Positions 55,565 through 63,537 of a DNA stretch of 64,000 nucleotides are shown piece after piece. Position numbers and translations under genes: made by a program. Within the stretch, counting starts at the first letter, position 1, and every line of letters begins with the position of its first letter. The notes beneath the pieces were generated by a model. The model did not search any database and was not told where the DNA came from. It saw nothing but the letters and a program-made list of their open reading frames with translations. The stretch spans positions 7,567-71,566 of the forward strand of contig JBFOMG010000004.1 in NCBI GenBank assembly GCA_040830725.1, in the 5' to 3' direction. The DNA is from Rhizobiaceae bacterium. Lineage in GTDB: Bacteria > Pseudomonadota > Alphaproteobacteria > Rhizobiales > Rhizobiaceae.

Positions 55565-56667
55565 TGCAAAACGGTAAGCGACCACCTCAACGGGACGAAA
55601 ATCCAGCCGGTATCGATCTGCCGCTCGATCCACTGCCCGGCCATACATCACGCAGCCGTCTTGAGCGGATTCTTCGCCGTGGAGAGTTTGCTGTCACAAC
55701 CGAACTCAACCCTCCAGACAGCGCCAATCCGGAGGACGTCTACGAGCGCGTAGCCATCTTCGATGGCTGGGTCGATGGTATCAACGCTGTCGATGCGTCG
55801 GGTGCAAACTGCCACATGTCTTCTGTCGGCATCTGCGCGCTTCTGACCCGCATGGGTTATGCACCGATCCTGCAAATTGCTTGTCGTGACAAAAACCGTA
55901 TTGCCATTCAGGGTGACGTGCTCGGCGCTGCTGCCATGGGTGTTGCCAACATACTCTGCCTGACCGGAGATGGCGTGCAGGCAGGAGACCAACCTGGCGC
56001 AAAGCCCGTCTTCGATCTCGATTGCATGAGCCTTTTGGAGACCATTCGCACCATGCGCGATGAGTCGAAGTTTTTGTCAGGCCGCAAACTGACGACGCCG
56101 CCGGAAGTATTTCTGGGCGCGGCAATCAATCCGTTTGCCCCGCCCTATGATTTCCGCCCGCTGCGTCTGGCAAAGAAGATCGCGGCCGGTGCCCAGTTCG
56201 TTCAAAGCCAGTATTGCTTTGACGTGCCGATGTTCCGTGAATACATGAAACGGGTCAACGACATGGGGTTGACCGAGGAGTGTTTCGTGATGTGCGGCGT
56301 CGGTCCCCTGGCTTCAGCCAAGACCGCACGTTGGATCAGGTCAAATGTTCCCGGAATTCATATCCCCGACCAGGTTATCGAACGGCTGGAAGGCGCCGAA
56401 AACCAAAAGCAGGAGGGGAAGCGTCTTTGCATCGACATCATCAATGAGGTCAAAGAGATCGAAGGCGTATCCGGCGTCCACGTCATGGCCTATCGGCAGG
56501 AAGAGTTTGTTGCTGAAATCGTCCACGATTCCGGTGTGTTGAGGGGTCGCAAGCCATGGCAACGTGAACCCCGCGCTGACGATGTGCTGGTTGCCGAAAG
56601 GTTGGAAGAAGTATTGCAGAATCCATCCGCGGAAAGCCCCGCGGATGTCATCAGGGACACCGTCTAG
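55564..56667 (+). CDS. metF: methylenetetrahydrofolate reductase catalytic subunit
   Basis: 367 aa. FAVTTELNPP, ILQIACRDKNR and ILCLTGD motifs. TAATG overlap with the MetV-like gene. Confidence 0.88.
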   Translation: MQNGKRPPQRDENPAGIDLPLDPLPGHTSRSRLERILRRGEFAVTTELNPPDSANPEDVYERVAIFDGWVDGINAVDASGANCHMSSVGICALLTRMGYAPILQIACRDKNRIAIQGDVLGAAAMGVANILCLTGDGVQAGDQPGAKPVFDLDCMSLLETIRTMRDESKFLSGRKLTTPPEVFLGAAINPFAPPYDFRPLRLAKKIAAGAQFVQSQYCFDVPMFREYMKRVNDMGLTEECFVMCGVGPLASAKTARWIRSNVPGIHIPDQVIERLEGAENQKQEGKRLCIDIINEVKEIEGVSGVHVMAYRQEEFVAEIVHDSGVLRGRKPWQREPRADDVLVAERLEEVLQNPSAESPADVIRDTV

Positions 56668-56692
56668 CGACGGTTGAAACCAATCACACAGC

Positions 56693-56714
56693 GATATAAA
56701 GAAATCTTTATATC
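56693..56714. promoter_or_regulatory. 22-bp palindrome GATATAAAGA-AA-TCTTTATATC, candidate operator immediately upstream of the pterin-binding methyltransferase gene
   Basis: 10-bp perfect arms read directly from the sequence. It lies between the metF stop (56667) and the ATG at 56728, and has the same core as the site at 45226-45241. Confidence 0.5.
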
Positions 56715-56727
56715 ATTGGAGAAAATA

Positions 56728-57702
56728 ATGACACGCACAGTCGTAGCATCCGCCTCAAAAGAGATCATCATCGGTTTCGACCAGCCATTCTGCGTCATCG
56801 GTGAGAGAATAAATCCGACCGGTCGAAAAAAGCTCGCCGCGGAGATGAATGAAGGCAACTTTGAAACCGTCAAGAAAGACGCACTTGAGCAAGTCGCCGC
56901 TGGTGCAACAATGCTCGACGTCAATGCAGGTGTCACCGCTGTTGATCCAAACGTGACCGAGCCTCCGCTTCTCGTAAAGACGCTGGAGATCGTTCAGGAA
57001 CTCGTCGATGTGCCGCTCTCGATCGACAGCTCCGTAACGGCTGCAATCGAGGCTGGCCTCAAGGTTGCCAAGGGCCGTCCTCTGGTCAACTCGGTTACCG
57101 GTGAAGAGGAAAAGCTCGAAGCGATTTTGCCTCTGATAAAGAAATACGACGTGCCGGTTGTCGCTATCTCCAATGATGAAACGGGAATCTCCGAGGACCC
57201 GGATGTGCGCTTCGAGGTTGCCAAGAAAATTGTTGAGCGTGCCGCCGATTTTGGCATTCCCGCACATGACATTGTTGTCGATCCGCTGGTGATGCCGATC
57301 GGTGCAATGGGCACTGCGGGAAAGCAGGTGTTTGCACTGCTGCGCCGCTTGCGCGAAGAACTCAAAGTCAACACGACCTGCGGTCTTTCCAACATCTCGT
57401 TCGGCCTGCCGCACCGGCATGGGATCAATGCGGGCTTCATTCCGATGGTTATCGGCGCCGGCATGACATCGGCCATCATGAATCCCTGCCGCCCGCAGGA
57501 GATGGAGGCTGTCCGCGCCGCAAATGTTCTGAACGGAACTGATCCGGACTGCATGACCTGGATTCGCACTTACAAGGACTATCAGCCGCATGCGCCTGGT
57601 GCACCGGCCGCGGCCAATGCCAATCCGGCCGCCAGTGGCGCGTCGGGCGGACGTTCGGGCCGCCGTGGCGGCCGCGCAGCCAGAGCTGGCGCGAGGGGCT
57701 AG
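56728..57702 (+). CDS. methyltetrahydrofolate:corrinoid methyltransferase (pterin-binding domain, MtrH/AcsE/MetH-module type)
   Basis: GERINPTGRKK, LDVNAG, SIDSS, VNSV and GLSNISFGLP motifs. C-terminal tail SGGRSGRRGGRAARAGARG. GGAGAA RBS. Confidence 0.88.
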   Translation: MTRTVVASASKEIIIGFDQPFCVIGERINPTGRKKLAAEMNEGNFETVKKDALEQVAAGATMLDVNAGVTAVDPNVTEPPLLVKTLEIVQELVDVPLSIDSSVTAAIEAGLKVAKGRPLVNSVTGEEEKLEAILPLIKKYDVPVVAISNDETGISEDPDVRFEVAKKIVERAADFGIPAHDIVVDPLVMPIGAMGTAGKQVFALLRRLREELKVNTTCGLSNISFGLPHRHGINAGFIPMVIGAGMTSAIMNPCRPQEMEAVRAANVLNGTDPDCMTWIRTYKDYQPHAPGAPAAANANPAASGASGGRSGRRGGRAARAGARG

Positions 57703-57808
57703 AGCAATCTCGAATGTTCAACCGGAAACCGGGAAGACGGTTCTGACGATATTGGAAAGCCGTCTTCCGCACGAGCCAACACGCATCAATTGCGACGACA
57801 GCTCTGCC

Positions 57809-58000
57809 ATGGATGCACAGACGATATGCTTCGCAGACCGCGATACGGGTGAGGAATTCGATCACTTTCTTGCCGACACGGCCGTGAAAGATGAAACGAT
57901 CTTCCTGCGCACAGACGACGTTGCAAAACTTGTTGATCCGACAACGGAAGTGGTGATTTATGACGCCGTCGCGGATAGTGAAAAGCGATGGCGGAAATGA
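57809..58000 (+). CDS. possible 63-aa acidic protein between the methyltransferase and activase genes
   Basis: ATG-initiated part of track ORF 57590..58000: MDAQTICFADRDTGEEFDHFLADTAVKDETIFLRTDDVAKLVDPTTEVVIYDAVADSEKRWRK. Its stop overlaps the activase start by 13 nt. No clear RBS. Confidence 0.3.
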   Translation: MDAQTICFADRDTGEEFDHFLADTAVKDETIFLRTDDVAKLVDPTTEVVIYDAVADSEKRWRK

Positions 58001-60033
58001 CCGATCCCCTCATTCTCTTCATGCCATCGGGCAAACGCGGGCGATTTCCCGCGGGAACGCCCATTCTCGATGCGGCGCGCGAACTGGGCGTGTATGTGGA
58101 GAGCGTCTGCGGTGGACGTGGCATCTGCGGGCGTTGCCAGATCGAAGTCCAGGAAGGCCAATTCGCCAAACATGGCATTACCTCAGCCAAGGACCACATT
58201 TCACCGGTCGGTTCGAAGGAAACCCGTTACGCCGAAAAGCGTACGTTGAAGCCGGGACGACGCCTCTCCTGTTCATCGACCATCATTGGAGATCTCGTTA
58301 TCGATGTGCCTGCCGATGCGCAGGTCAACGAACAAGTCGTGCGCAAAGCAGCGATCGATCGTGTCATCGAACGCAATCCCGCCGTTCAGCTTTGCTATGT
58401 CGAGGTTGACGAACCCGACATGCACAAACCGCTTGGAGATCTCGACCGTCTTGAGGCGGTTTTGGAAGCCGATTGGGGCTGGAAGGACCTCCTTGTTTCC
58501 CAACATCTGCTCCCGGATGTGCAGAAGATACTGCGTAAGGGCGGCTGGGCAGCAACTGCCGCCATCCACATGGATTTGGAATCGTCGCGGCCGTCAATCG
58601 TTGCACTATGGCCTGGTTTGAAAAACGAAGCCTATGGAATTGCTTGCGATATCGGCTCGACCACGATCGCCATGCACCTTGTGTCGCTGCTTTCCGGCCG
58701 GATCATCGCGTCTTCCGGTACATCCAATCCGCAGATCCGTTTTGGCGAAGACCTGATGAGCCGGGTTTCATATGTAATGATGAATCCGGACGGGCGCGAA
58801 GCCATGACCAGGGCGGTTCGCGAGGCAATCAACGATCTCATAGCGAAAGTCTGCGAGGAAGGTGGGATCACACCCGAAGACATTTTGGACGCGGTGTTCG
58901 TCGGCAATCCGATCATGCATCACCTGTTTCTCGGAATTGACCCGACCGAGCTGGGCCAGGCTCCGTTCGCGCTTGCCGTGTCTGGTGCGGTTCATACCTG
59001 GGCAAGCGAGATTGGTCTCGACATCAATCAGGGTTCGCGTGTGTACATCTTGCCGTGCATTGCCGGTCATGTAGGCGCCGACGCCGCAGCCGCCACGTTG
59101 TCTGAAGGGCCGCACCGTCAAGACAGCATGATGTTGTTGGTCGATGTCGGAACCAATGCAGAGATCGTGCTGGGAAACTCAAACCGTGTTGTGGCAGCCT
59201 CATCTCCGACCGGCCCGGCTTTCGAGGGTGCTGAAATATCGTCAGGGCAACGGGCAGCGCCTGGCGCCATAGAACGGGTGCGCATTGATCCGGAAACCCT
59301 GGAGCCGAGATTTCGGGTTATCGGCGTGGACCATTGGTCTGACGAAGAAGAATTTGCCGATGCAGCCGAGAAGACTGGCGTCACCGGCATTTGCGGTTCT
59401 GCAATCATTGAAGTTGTCGCCGAGATGTACCTGGCAGGCATCATCTCCGAGGATGGTGTCGTCGACGGAAGTCTCGCTGCAAGAAGTTCCCGGATCATCG
59501 CCGACGGCCGAACCTTCTCCTATCTGGTTCACGAGGGGAACCAGAAAATCACCGTTACCCAGAATGATGTTCGCGCCATACAGCTGGCAAAGGCAGCACT
59601 TTATGCGGGCATCAAGCTGTTGATGCAAAAACAGGATGTGGAATCCGTTGACGTCATTCGCTTCGCTGGTGCGTTCGGCTCCTTCATTGATCCGAAATAC
59701 GCAATGGTTCTGGGATTGATCCCCGATTGCGATCTCGGCGAGGTGAAGGCTGTCGGCAACGCCGCCGGAACCGGCGCTCTCATAGCATTGCTCAATCGAG
59801 ACTACCGGCGTGAGATCGAGACCACAGTCCGCAGAATCGAGAAAATCGAAACCGCCCTAGAGCCGGACTTCCAGCAATTATTCGTCAACGCGATGGCGAT
59901 GCCAAACAAGGTCGATCCTTTTCCCAAATTGGGGAAGCAGGTGGCACTGCCGGAGCGCAAAGTGCTTGAAACTGCGGAGACCAATGGAGGAAGACGCAGA
60001 CGGCGCGACGGCGGGCGGCGCAGTCGCAGTTAG
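57988..60033 (+). CDS. corrinoid reductive activase (RamA/RACo type): N-terminal 2Fe-2S ferredoxin plus ASKHA ATPase domain
   Basis: 681 aa. CGGRGICGRCQIEV plant-type ferredoxin motif. DIGSTTIAMHLV and VDVGTNAEIVLG ASKHA phosphate-binding motifs. C-terminal tail GGRRRRRDGGRRSRS. Confidence 0.88.
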   Translation: MAEMTDPLILFMPSGKRGRFPAGTPILDAARELGVYVESVCGGRGICGRCQIEVQEGQFAKHGITSAKDHISPVGSKETRYAEKRTLKPGRRLSCSSTIIGDLVIDVPADAQVNEQVVRKAAIDRVIERNPAVQLCYVEVDEPDMHKPLGDLDRLEAVLEADWGWKDLLVSQHLLPDVQKILRKGGWAATAAIHMDLESSRPSIVALWPGLKNEAYGIACDIGSTTIAMHLVSLLSGRIIASSGTSNPQIRFGEDLMSRVSYVMMNPDGREAMTRAVREAINDLIAKVCEEGGITPEDILDAVFVGNPIMHHLFLGIDPTELGQAPFALAVSGAVHTWASEIGLDINQGSRVYILPCIAGHVGADAAAATLSEGPHRQDSMMLLVDVGTNAEIVLGNSNRVVAASSPTGPAFEGAEISSGQRAAPGAIERVRIDPETLEPRFRVIGVDHWSDEEEFADAAEKTGVTGICGSAIIEVVAEMYLAGIISEDGVVDGSLAARSSRIIADGRTFSYLVHEGNQKITVTQNDVRAIQLAKAALYAGIKLLMQKQDVESVDVIRFAGAFGSFIDPKYAMVLGLIPDCDLGEVKAVGNAAGTGALIALLNRDYRREIETTVRRIEKIETALEPDFQQLFVNAMAMPNKVDPFPKLGKQVALPERKVLETAETNGGRRRRRDGGRRSRS

Positions 60034-60044
60034 CGTGTAGTGGA

Positions 60045-60758
60045 ATGGCCCATCCGAAGGCTTTGATATTCGATGTTTTTGGCACCTGCGTCGACTGGCG
60101 CCAAGGTGTTGCCAATGAAGCTGCAAGCTGGTTTGCCGAACTGAATATTGATGCCGATCCAGTTGCTTTTGCCGCTGCCTGGCGCGGAGAGTATCAGCCG
60201 GCGATGGAGCGTATCCGTTCGGGAAGCCGGGGTTATAGCGATCTGGACGACCTGCATCTGGAAAATCTCGATATCGTCCTGGATCGATTCAGAATCGCGA
60301 ACCGCTTTGATGAAGCTGCGCGCAAAGCCTTCAATCGCGCCTGGGAAAAACTGCCTCCTTGGCCTGATACCGTTCCGGGTCTTGCTGCAATTCGGCAACA
60401 AGCGATCATTGCGCCCTGCTCCAACGGTTCAATCGCGCTGATGACCCATTTGGCACGTTACGCGAAATTGCCCTGGGATTGCATCGTCGGCGCCGGGGTT
60501 GCCCGTGACTACAAGCCAAAGCCGGTTGTTTACCTGGCGTCGTGCCGGGCGCTTCGGCTGGAGCCGGAAGAAGTCATGATGGTCGCCGCGCACAATGATG
60601 ACCTGGCCGCAGCTGAGGCTTGCGGACTGATGACAGCGTTCGTCGCGCGGCCAACCGAGCATGGTACTGGCCAAACAAGCGACCTTGCCCCATCGAAAAA
60701 GTGGACGGTCAGCTCCAACGACTTTCTCGAATTGTCCGGGCAACTGGCTCATATTTGA
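60045..60758 (+). CDS. HAD-superfamily hydrolase, type II haloacid dehalogenase-like
   Basis: 237 aa. ALIFDVFGTCVDW (DxFGT nucleophile motif), SNGS and AAHNDDL motifs. Confidence 0.8.
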   Translation: MAHPKALIFDVFGTCVDWRQGVANEAASWFAELNIDADPVAFAAAWRGEYQPAMERIRSGSRGYSDLDDLHLENLDIVLDRFRIANRFDEAARKAFNRAWEKLPPWPDTVPGLAAIRQQAIIAPCSNGSIALMTHLARYAKLPWDCIVGAGVARDYKPKPVVYLASCRALRLEPEEVMMVAAHNDDLAAAEACGLMTAFVARPTEHGTGQTSDLAPSKKWTVSSNDFLELSGQLAHI

Positions 60759-60871
60759 CCTTCGCGCTGTGCGCTTGGTCACACCTCGAACATCACAAAG
60801 CGAATAAATTTGGTGACACACCGGAATTGCCCGCTTGAGCAGCAATCCGAACAAACGGCCGCGCGATGTGA

Positions 60872-61360
60872 ATGAGGTCGCGGCTTTTCATGAAGGCGCC
60901 TGTGATGTTGAACTTGACCGGAAACGACGCACTCGGATTGGCACTGGCGCTCGCGATGGCCATGGCGGCGACCACGAACGGGGCCGAGGCAAAGAAGAAA
61001 ACTTCAAACAGCAGCCCCGTCGAAGTGTCCGAAGTAAAACTGTTCACGCAGCCGCACAATCCGGTTTGCGGAGAACCGGTTCAGATCATCGCCGAGATTC
61101 ACACAAAAAAGCCTGGTGCTGTCGAGTTTATGCTCCATCGAAAGGAAGGCCGCAGCCAGCGGGCCTCGTTGACGACGCAGAAGACCGAACATGGATATGT
61201 GGAGCGTTGGCAAAGACAGTACGTCTACAAATATTCGGTACGGCGAGAATACCGGATCGTGATCAACGGCGGCAAACTGTCAACCAACTGGATGCCGGTG
61301 AGCGTCAGATGCAACTACACCGGAACCTACAAAGGGCTGGCCAGTTTGAAATACCACTGA
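60872..61360 (+). CDS. secreted hypothetical protein
   Basis: 162 aa. Signal-like ALGLALALAMAMAATTNGAEA. I recognise no domain. Confidence 0.5.
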   Translation: MRSRLFMKAPVMLNLTGNDALGLALALAMAMAATTNGAEAKKKTSNSSPVEVSEVKLFTQPHNPVCGEPVQIIAEIHTKKPGAVEFMLHRKEGRSQRASLTTQKTEHGYVERWQRQYVYKYSVRREYRIVINGGKLSTNWMPVSVRCNYTGTYKGLASLKYH

Positions 61361-61418
61361 CTTCCTCCTCCCGAAGACCAGGCTTTTTCGGCTAAGCGTC
61401 CCATCCGAGAAGCCAGGC

Positions 61419-61449
61419 GAAAGGCCAGTGCTCCCAGCACTGGCCTTTC
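61419..61449. terminator. bidirectional intrinsic terminator between convergent genes
   Basis: Perfect 14-bp stem GAAAGGCCAGTGCT/AGCACTGGCCTTTC with a CCC loop, followed by the T-rich stretch TTTGTGCTGTTTGGTTTTT on the plus strand. Confidence 0.75.
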
Positions 61450-61494
61450 TTTGTGCTGTTTGGTTTTTCCGCGATAAGCACAGCTTGCCGATGC

Positions 61495-61914
61495 CTATTC
61501 CCCAAAACCGGCGCCGGGCTGCCGCGGCGACATACGGATCAGGCGGGAATCTTCGACAGCAGCCGTACGATGAACAACTGCCTTTTGGTAATCGGGATCC
61601 TTGACCATTGAAACAAAGGCATTCGCGTCCGGATATTCGGCAATGAAGCAGGCATCCCAGGCTTCATCCTCGGGTCCGGTCAGCATAAAGCGAAAATCTC
61701 CCGACCAGACAATTCGCCCGCCAAGTCTGCGAAAGATCGGACCGCTTTCGCGCCCATACGCGGCATAGGCTTCCGCTCCGGTGGCTTCCCGACCATCGGG
61801 GTAGTCTGCCTTGGCGCGAAAACGGACCAGATTGAGCATGTGGATAGGACCATCGTCAGGTAGGCTGCGAAAGCCACCAAAACGTTCTCTGGAGGGATTG
61901 ATGTATCCGGTCAT
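61495..61914 (-). CDS. DUF1330 domain protein
   Basis: Trimmed to the ATG at 61914 (MTGYINPSRERF). PIHMLNLVRFRAKADYPDG...FIAEYPDANAFVSM is typical of DUF1330. Confidence 0.8.
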   Translation of the reverse strand: MTGYINPSRERFGGFRSLPDDGPIHMLNLVRFRAKADYPDGREATGAEAYAAYGRESGPIFRRLGGRIVWSGDFRFMLTGPEDEAWDACFIAEYPDANAFVSMVKDPDYQKAVVHRTAAVEDSRLIRMSPRQPGAGFGE

Positions 61915-61943
61915 TTTATTCCTTTTCCTCCTCACGCGGCTGT

Positions 61944-62834
61944 TCACTGCCGGGAAAGTATCCAATTTAGCTCACTGCGCCAGTCGATCATTCGAATGGG
62001 CGTACCGTGCGTACCGGTTTCGAACCGGATAAACCGGGCGGGGTAATTTGCCGATTTTGCTTTGAAGCGCCTGAAGTGCTTTTCGATGTCATCGATCGAA
62101 TACACCTGATCGCGCGAACCATGAGCAAACAGAAATGGCGTTTTTCGTTTGTAGGCGGCGCTCGATACCATCCCCGTGACCGGCGGCGCACCAAGCAGAA
62201 CATATCCACCTATCATCGCGGCAGCGCCCGGGTTTTGAGCGATCTGATAGCAAATCTCCGCTCCAAGCGAACCGCAGGCAAGGATGACCGGCGCCCGGCG
62301 TGTAATCTTGCGGTAATGGGCTATCAGGGCCGATATGGCCTTCGCCCCATTCTGATCGAAATGCGGAACATCAGGCGAGATATAAATGCCCCGGTTGCGC
62401 ACCATCAGGTTTTTGATGCGGTTGAAATTGCCGCCAAATGAATAGTCATTAACACCTTGTTTCCGGTTGCCGCCCTTGCCGTGAATGTAGATGACGGTCA
62501 ACTGCGCGCCTTCGGGTTGGCCGACAACATAATGTTTCAGCCGGCCCGAGGGGGTGTCGACTTCGAGCTCGGCTTGAACCTTGCGCACCTTCAGCGAAAC
62601 GTAGCGGCTCCAAACCCGGCGTTCTGGAACCTGGTCGCGCTGGTCGATATCGCGCGATTCGCGATAGTCGATGATGCTGTAGCTGTCATTTCCGTCCGGC
62701 TGCAAGATACCCGGGTAACCGAACAACCGGTCTTTATATGGCTTGAGCTCGAGCGCGTGTGCTTCGGCCGCCATCTGCATAACGGCTGCAAACATCACTG
62801 CCAAAAAACAACAGATTGCTTTTGATTTGCTCAC
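61944..62834 (-). CDS. secreted alpha/beta hydrolase (esterase/peptidase-like)
   Basis: 296 aa. Signal peptide, then IYIHGKGGN, CGSLGA (GxSxG) and HGSRD motifs. Confidence 0.7.
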   Translation of the reverse strand: MSKSKAICCFLAVMFAAVMQMAAEAHALELKPYKDRLFGYPGILQPDGNDSYSIIDYRESRDIDQRDQVPERRVWSRYVSLKVRKVQAELEVDTPSGRLKHYVVGQPEGAQLTVIYIHGKGGNRKQGVNDYSFGGNFNRIKNLMVRNRGIYISPDVPHFDQNGAKAISALIAHYRKITRRAPVILACGSLGAEICYQIAQNPGAAAMIGGYVLLGAPPVTGMVSSAAYKRKTPFLFAHGSRDQVYSIDDIEKHFRRFKAKSANYPARFIRFETGTHGTPIRMIDWRSELNWILSRQ

Positions 62835-62894
62835 GATTGGGGGATCAGACTCACAGCCGGTTGGATGCCATTTTTCGTTTAGCAGACAGCAGTA

Positions 62895-63416
62895 TCATTC
62901 ACAGCGTAAAATCGTAAGCGCCGTGTAGTCTCCGGCAGGGTATTGTGATCCGGTGCGTGTGGCATCCATATTGATGGTCACCCTTGTTGCCCCGTAGCGG
63001 CGGCGCAGACGAATGCGCTGGTTTCCGGGACGCTCGGCAAAATTCCGTCCCCGTCGCGTCAAGGCCTGGCCAGAAAATGTTGAGGAGATCGTCACGCCCG
63101 TGTCGCCGCCAGGCGGCATCGCCAGGAAGAAGGGAACCGCATCGGCCTGCAGCCAGTAGTTCGAAAAGGAGTGAACATCTGCGACTGCTGCGACCCCTCC
63201 GGCTTCCTTGGAACTAAGAACCTGACGCGTTGTGTCCAAGCCGAGCGTACCGTCATTTTGAACCAGGATAATGCATGCATTGGGAATGAATATGTTGATG
63301 CCGAAGTTGATATTGCCGCTTGCAGCATCGGCCGTCCGCTCGGCGGAAATTCCAAGCAGCATCGCCGCAGCAACGGCGATCGCGGAAACTCGCGAACCCT
63401 TTCGCATCAAGAACAA
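62895..63416 (-). CDS. secreted protein with pilin/SCPU-like features
   Basis: 173 aa. Signal peptide ending ADA. Two Cys (PNACII and ILRCE). C-terminal GDYTALTILRCE resembles fimbrial subunit C-termini. The call is weak. Confidence 0.45.
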   Translation of the reverse strand: MFLMRKGSRVSAIAVAAAMLLGISAERTADAASGNINFGINIFIPNACIILVQNDGTLGLDTTRQVLSSKEAGGVAAVADVHSFSNYWLQADAVPFFLAMPPGGDTGVTISSTFSGQALTRRGRNFAERPGNQRIRLRRRYGATRVTINMDATRTGSQYPAGDYTALTILRCE

Positions 63417-63537
63417 AGTCCCCTGTACCCCTCAGGTCTGGCAGTGTTTCATGATAATCTAAAGAATCAGTATTAAAGCCGGTTGCGGTTAGTTAAGGAA
63501 AATCACCGGTATGTGGCTTCCTTGGCCGCAATGTCGG

